Shown: positions 59,349-64,000 of the stretch, in pieces | How the letters are laid out: the number at the start of each line of letters is the position of its first letter | Position numbering within the stretch: the stretch's first letter is position 1 | NCBI GenBank assembly: GCA_963699755.1 | Contig: CAVOVB010000010.1 | Coordinates: 192,001-256,000 of the forward strand | Source: an uncultured delta proteobacterium | Lineage (GTDB): Bacteria; Myxococcota_A; Polyangia; Polyangiales; Houyiibacteriaceae | Direction of reading: 5' to 3' | Length of the DNA: 64,000 nucleotides | Program-made: the position numbers and the translations under genes | Notes under the pieces: model-generated | The model's database searches: none | The model's input: only the letters and a program-made list of their open reading frames with translations | What the model was told of the DNA's origin: nothing

Positions 59349-60062
59349 ATGGTGCAACACTGACACGAGAGCGAGAGGTGCCAAGTCTGCCACCGAAGCA
59401 AAGCGACGAATCGAACGCTCCCCGCGATCATGGCGCGAGGAGGCGTCAAGGACTTGATTCGCAGAGACCATTCCGATTGGAACGATAGCGGATTTATCTG
59501 TTTCACTTGCCTCGACCAATATCGCGCCGAGTATGTGCGGCAGCTCATGGAGAGGGACCTCGGCGAGCTGGACGAGCTGGAACAGGCGGTCGTCAAGAGC
59601 CTGGGAGACAATGCCTTGCTCTCTGAGAACCTCAACGAGGAATACGAGCGTTCCATCACCAGAGGGGATCGACTCGCGGACAAGGTGGCCGAGTTCGGTG
59701 GGAGCTGGAGGTTCATCATCTGGTTCGGCATCTTGCTAGGCACTTGGATTGCGCTCAATTCACTGATGTTTCTCTGGCAACCCTTCGATCCCTATCCATT
59801 CATCCTGCTGAACCTCTTGCTCTCCTCGCTCGCGGCGATTCAGGCGCCGATCATCATGATGAGCCAAAACCGGCAAGAAGATCGCGACCGGATACGGGCG
59901 GAGAACGACTACCAGGTGAACCTGAAAGCGGAGATGGAAATCCGCATGATCAAGGAAAGGCTCGACCACCTCCTCCACGCGGAAATGCGCCGATTCATGG
60001 AGATTCAGCAGATCCAAATGGACATGCTCCAGGAGCTCCACGGGGACCTGCGCCGCCGCTGA
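59349..60062 (+). CDS. DUF1003 membrane protein; N-terminal CxxC...CxxC region lies after an in-frame TGA at 59361 (uninterrupted ORF starts at 59430)
   Basis: GDRLADKVAEFGGSW, FDPYPFILLNL, AAIQAPIIMMSQNRQ and DYQVNLKAE; upstream in-frame MVQH*HESERCQVC with GGAG SD. Confidence 0.85.
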
Positions 60063-60125
60063 GCGGCAGGATCGGGTGAGCAAGATCAGAAGCCGCCGTG
60101 CCGCCCGAATCACAAGACGATTGCA

Positions 60126-61061
60126 GTGCGGGGGCGGAAGCTTACTCTAGGCCTCACGGTGATTCACTTCTGGCTGCGGCTACCTGGTTTCCACGACGTC
60201 AACTCGCTCGACAATCGCGATCCGAAGGTGCTGCAGCGTTTCGCTGACCTCGCTGGGCCGATGCTCTGGAAGTGGTTTCGACCTCGGGTCCGCGGTCTCG
60301 AGAACGTCCCCGACGGCGGCGCACTCTACGTCTGCAACCACAGTGGTGGCTTCATGACCCCGGACACGTGGATCTTGGCAGTCGCCCTGACACGGGAGCG
60401 CGGAACCGACGACGTCCCGTATGCGCTTGCGCATCAGGTCGTCATGGAGGCCCCGCTCACGAACCAGTTGCTGCCAGCCATGGGTGCGCTCGCCGCCAAC
60501 CCCGAGAATGCGCACCGGGTCTTTGCCGCTGGACGCAAGGTACTGGTCTATCCGGGCGGCGACCTCGATGCGTTTCGCCCATCACGTGACCGCGGTCGCG
60601 TCGTTTTCGGTCCCCGACGTGGCTACGTGCGGCTGGCACTGCGTGAGGGCGTACCGATCATCCCGGTCGTCTCGGCGGGCTCTCATGACGTATGGTGGGT
60701 CCTGAGCGACGGGCGCTGGTTGTCGCGCCTGCTACGCACTCACCGGTTCCTGCGCACCGATGTTCTCCCGATCACGGTGTCGGTGCCTTGGGGGCTCACC
60801 GTCGGTGCGCCGCCCTTCCTTCCTCTGCCCGTCTCTGTCTTCATCGACGTCCTCGAGCCTATCTACTTCGAGCGCTCGGGGCCGGAGGCGGCAGACGACG
60901 TGGGGTATGTGGAGGCGTGCCATCAGCGCGTGCTCGAGACGATGCAGGCCGCGCTCGACCAACTCATCGAGGAGCGCCGCCTCTCCCAGCGAGAGCGCGT
61001 CCCTGCCCGGCTCCGGCGTGTGGCTCGCATCATCTCGCCAGCTCCTCGCGGTTCGCGATGA
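60126..61061 (+). CDS. Lysophospholipid/diacylglycerol acyltransferase family protein
   Basis: VCNHSGG..TPD, VYPGGD and GYVRLALREGVPIIPV; start GTG 60126 or 60159. Confidence 0.85.
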   Translation: MRGRKLTLGLTVIHFWLRLPGFHDVNSLDNRDPKVLQRFADLAGPMLWKWFRPRVRGLENVPDGGALYVCNHSGGFMTPDTWILAVALTRERGTDDVPYALAHQVVMEAPLTNQLLPAMGALAANPENAHRVFAAGRKVLVYPGGDLDAFRPSRDRGRVVFGPRRGYVRLALREGVPIIPVVSAGSHDVWWVLSDGRWLSRLLRTHRFLRTDVLPITVSVPWGLTVGAPPFLPLPVSVFIDVLEPIYFERSGPEAADDVGYVEACHQRVLETMQAALDQLIEERRLSQRERVPARLRRVARIISPAPRGSR

Positions 61062-61214
61062 TTTCTTCGATCGTGAATGGGTTTGCGGCGCAACGACGCG
61101 GGTTTGCCAGGACGCAAGAGTGAGCTTGCTGAGGCTCGCCTTAGGGCCCAGGATATGGGACGAATCGAACAAGGCCCTCGCTCCATCGCCGAATGTGCGG
61201 CGGCCTCGGTTATC

Positions 61215-62024
61215 ATGAACTCCGCATACACGACGACACTGTGCAACGGCGAGGGGTACCTACCTGGCGTCGAAGCACTGGGGAAATCTCTCGAGGCCCA
61301 CGGAACCAAGGTCCCGCGCATCGTGTTGGTGACGGCCGATGTGGGTGCCGATGCCCGGAACCGTTTGATCGAACAGGGCTGGCAGATCCGCGAAGTCGAG
61401 CCGCTCCTGAACCCCAACCCGGGCACCAGGCAGCTCTTCGAACGTTTTCGAAACGTGTTCACCAAGCTTCGGGCCTGGGAGCTCGTCGATCTCGACAAGG
61501 TCGTCCTGCTCGATGCCGACATGATCACGCTCCAGAACATAGACGAGCTGTTTGAGCGCCCCTCCATTGCCGCTGCACCCGACTTCTTTCTCCCCGACCG
61601 ATTCAACAGCGGCTTGATGGTCATCGAGCCGTCGGCCGAAACGTTCGAGCGGATGGTGGAGGCGCTTTGGGACACCCCTAGTTACGATGGGGGCGACCAG
61701 GGGTTCTTGAATGTCTTCCATTCGGATTGGTACGCGATGGACGTCTCGCATCGCCTGCCGGCCGGCTACAACCTTCAGAACTTCATTTTTCAGTTTCTCC
61801 ATGGGCACCCAAGCTTGAAGGAGACGCTTCTGCGCGAAGCCAGGGTCATCCACTATTCGGTCCAAAAGCCCTGGCTCACCAAACCTGCGCTCACGGGCGG
61901 GTCGGAGGCGTGGTGGAATGCCTACTTCGGCGCTCACCCAGAGAAGGCAAGCGAGTGGAGGCGCCGCTGGCATGCGATGGAGGACTGGACCTTCGACCAC
62001 GCGGTGGCCGCGATCATCAAGTAA
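61215..62024 (+). CDS. Glycosyltransferase family 8, glycogenin/PGSIP-like
   Basis: FTKL..W, LDAD, NIDELF, AAPD...PDRFNSG, SYDGGDQGFLN, YN and IHY...KPW. Confidence 0.9.
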   Translation: MNSAYTTTLCNGEGYLPGVEALGKSLEAHGTKVPRIVLVTADVGADARNRLIEQGWQIREVEPLLNPNPGTRQLFERFRNVFTKLRAWELVDLDKVVLLDADMITLQNIDELFERPSIAAAPDFFLPDRFNSGLMVIEPSAETFERMVEALWDTPSYDGGDQGFLNVFHSDWYAMDVSHRLPAGYNLQNFIFQFLHGHPSLKETLLREARVIHYSVQKPWLTKPALTGGSEAWWNAYFGAHPEKASEWRRRWHAMEDWTFDHAVAAIIK

Positions 62025-63739
62025 TGAGCAGCAGCAAAGTTCTTGAACCTGAGCTCCCGTGGTGGAAGCGGACCACCGTCTATCAGATCTATCCGCGTTC
62101 GTTCTCCGACCAGACGGGCGATGGAATCGGCGACCTTCCCGGAATCATCGAGCGGCTCGACTACGTGAAGTGGCTCGGCCTCGAAACGATCTGGCTGTCG
62201 CCCTTCTTTTCGAGCCCTCAGGAGGATTTCGGCTACGACATCAGCGACCACTTCGACATCGCGCCCGAGTACGGCTCCCTCGATGATTGCCGTCGTTTGA
62301 TCGACGAGATTCATGCGCGCGGGATGAAGGTGGTGTTCGACATGGTCTTGAACCACACCTCGGACCAGCATCCCTGGTTTCTCGAATCGAGAAGCTCACG
62401 CGACAACCCTTATCGAAACTTCTACATCTGGCGCAATGGGCGCAAACCCTACGGCGCAGCGCCTCCGAACAATTGGCGTTCGATGCTCGGGGGCTCCGGC
62501 TGGCACTACGAGGCCGAGACCGATCAATGGTACTGGGCCAGCTTCCTCCCGTTTCAGCCGGACCTGAACTACCGAAATCCGAAGGTGAAACGCGCGATGC
62601 TCGACATGGTCAGGCATTGGCTTCGCGAAGGCGTGGACGGCCTGCGCCTCGACATCTTCAACGCGATTTACAAGGACTCGGCGTTCTCGGACAACCCTCG
62701 GTCACTGCGCGCGATCCCGTCCGAAGACAATCCCGGCGGTTTCTTTCAGCGGGCGCTGCACACCCAAAACCACCCCGACACCCTCGCGTTTGCACGAGAG
62801 CTGCGCGCGGTCGTCGACGAGTTCCACCAGCCCTCTCGCTTCATCGTCGGAGAGGTGTTCGGCTCCGCCGACCTGCTGCGGGAATACTGCGGTCCATCGG
62901 GAGAGGGTCTCAACCTCGTCTTCTTGTTCAAGAGCCTTCGTACTCCCTTTAGAGCCCGGGCGTTTCGGAACCTCGTCGCGGAGTTCGAATCGGCTTTCCC
63001 CGAGCCCTTCCATCCCACATACGTCTTTGGCAACCATGATCGGCCGCGCCAGATGGAGCGCCTCGGCAATGAGCTGGCACGGGCGCGCTTGCTCGCGGCA
63101 TTTCAGATGACCGTTCGCGGCGTGCCCTTCATCTACTACGGCGACGAGCTAGGCCTTTCGCATCACCCAATGCCCCGCGGCGAAGCCCGCGACCCGCTTT
63201 CGGAGCGCTTTCGGTTCATTCCCAAAGTCCTGCTGCCGGCGTTGCGGAAACGTGGGATCCTCACGAATCGGGATCAATGCCGGAGCCCGATGCCTTGGCA
63301 CGGCGGGCCGCATGCGGGATTCGCGCCGCCCGACGCCGCCGAGCCCTGGCTGCCACTGCATCCGCAAAGCGCAATCATGAACGTCGCCGCGCAACGAGAG
63401 GACCCGGCCTCGGTCTTGGCATCGTATCGGCGGATGCTCCGGCTGCGTAGCAGCAGCCTCGCACTTTCGGCCGGCGAGCTCGCGATCGTCGACCCACCTG
63501 CCGACCCGAACAAGGTGCTTGCGTATCGGCGTGTCTATGAAGACGCCGACAGCCGGGAAGACGCGGACATCTTCCTCAACTTCTCGAAGGCGGAGGTGCC
63601 GATCGATCTGCGGCATCTCCCTCGGGGTGCCGACGCCCTCCTCTACTCGAACCTGCACGATACCCCGGTACGAGCCAAGGGACGGCACGTCTTGCGTCCG
63701 TGGGAAGGCGCCGTCATCTTGCGGGATCGGCCCGCATGA
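62024..63739 (+). CDS. GH13 alpha-glucosidase/oligo-1,6-glucosidase family
   Basis: YQIYPRSF, DFGYDISD, VLNHTSDQHPWF, DGLRLD, VGE and GNHD; TAATG coupling to the GT8 gene. Confidence 0.92.
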   Translation: MSSSKVLEPELPWWKRTTVYQIYPRSFSDQTGDGIGDLPGIIERLDYVKWLGLETIWLSPFFSSPQEDFGYDISDHFDIAPEYGSLDDCRRLIDEIHARGMKVVFDMVLNHTSDQHPWFLESRSSRDNPYRNFYIWRNGRKPYGAAPPNNWRSMLGGSGWHYEAETDQWYWASFLPFQPDLNYRNPKVKRAMLDMVRHWLREGVDGLRLDIFNAIYKDSAFSDNPRSLRAIPSEDNPGGFFQRALHTQNHPDTLAFARELRAVVDEFHQPSRFIVGEVFGSADLLREYCGPSGEGLNLVFLFKSLRTPFRARAFRNLVAEFESAFPEPFHPTYVFGNHDRPRQMERLGNELARARLLAAFQMTVRGVPFIYYGDELGLSHHPMPRGEARDPLSERFRFIPKVLLPALRKRGILTNRDQCRSPMPWHGGPHAGFAPPDAAEPWLPLHPQSAIMNVAAQREDPASVLASYRRMLRLRSSSLALSAGELAIVDPPADPNKVLAYRRVYEDADSREDADIFLNFSKAEVPIDLRHLPRGADALLYSNLHDTPVRAKGRHVLRPWEGAVILRDRPA

Positions 63740-64000
63740 GCGCGCTTCGACCGCGGTACGTGGTCTGGGGGCTGCTGTTGGTCGCAGCGCTGGCTGCCTG
63801 GTGCAGCCCTCCACTTGCTACAGCGGAAGCGCCCGATTCTGCGGTCCAGCCGTTCATCGGGACCTATACCTACGCCGGCGGCGATGCCCAGATCAAAGCG
63901 CTGGATCAGGCCATCGACGAGGTGGTCGATCAAATGAACTTCCTCATCCGAGGCATCGCGCGTCGGCGCTTGCGCACGCCCAACCTCCCCTCGAAGGAGG
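63736..64000 (+). CDS. Partial secreted hypothetical protein (runs off the window end)
   Basis: ATGA overlap; MSALRPRYVVWGLLLVAALAAW...ATA signal-peptide-like start; open to 64000. Confidence 0.65.
   Translation, partial: MSALRPRYVVWGLLLVAALAAWCSPPLATAEAPDSAVQPFIGTYTYAGGDAQIKALDQAIDEVVDQMNFLIRGIARRRLRTPNLPSKE

Noticed and set aside
61727..62023. N-terminal extension of the GH13 ORF
   Set aside because: Overlaps the GT8 gene out of frame; the real start is the coupled ATG at 62024.

Overview
GC-rich bacterial window. The gene content (Hanks-type kinase, TPR-like/cNMP protein, TIGR03960 radical SAM, RRM protein) suggests Myxococcota or a deltaproteobacterial relative; this is inference only. 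About 1-36 kb is mostly housekeeping: thiolase, lpdA-lipB, glpD, cysC, mltG-ruvX, thrC, smpB, comF, rlmH-rsfS, proBA, pilD, dnaE and a MutH homologue. About 36-60 kb is an accessory stress/low-oxygen cluster. It holds an FtsH, an intact Ni,Fe CO-dehydrogenase module (cooF-cooS-cooC-FAD/NAD oxidoreductase), a CDF transporter, a HAD-ATPase fusion, a hemerythrin-like protein, a PCM-erythromycin-esterase fusion, Hsp20, PolX, a USP and a type IIC-like P-type ATPase. Four units in this cluster have sigma54 -24/-12 promoters, and their upstream regions share an RCGCA-N5-TGCGY palindrome, pointing to one enhancer-binding-protein regulon. The gene families parallel the mycobacterial DosR dormancy set. 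This is my best candidate for an undescribed system. Other points: a stand-alone paralogue of the N-terminal domain of the cNMP protein, an unannotated 47-aa coiled-coil gene, an in-frame UGA with a SECIS-like hairpin in a DUF1003 gene, and a glycogenin/IPUT1-like GT8 coupled to a GH13. I recognised no rRNA, tRNA, CRISPR, integrase or transposase. All family calls come from reading motifs by eye, with no database searches.
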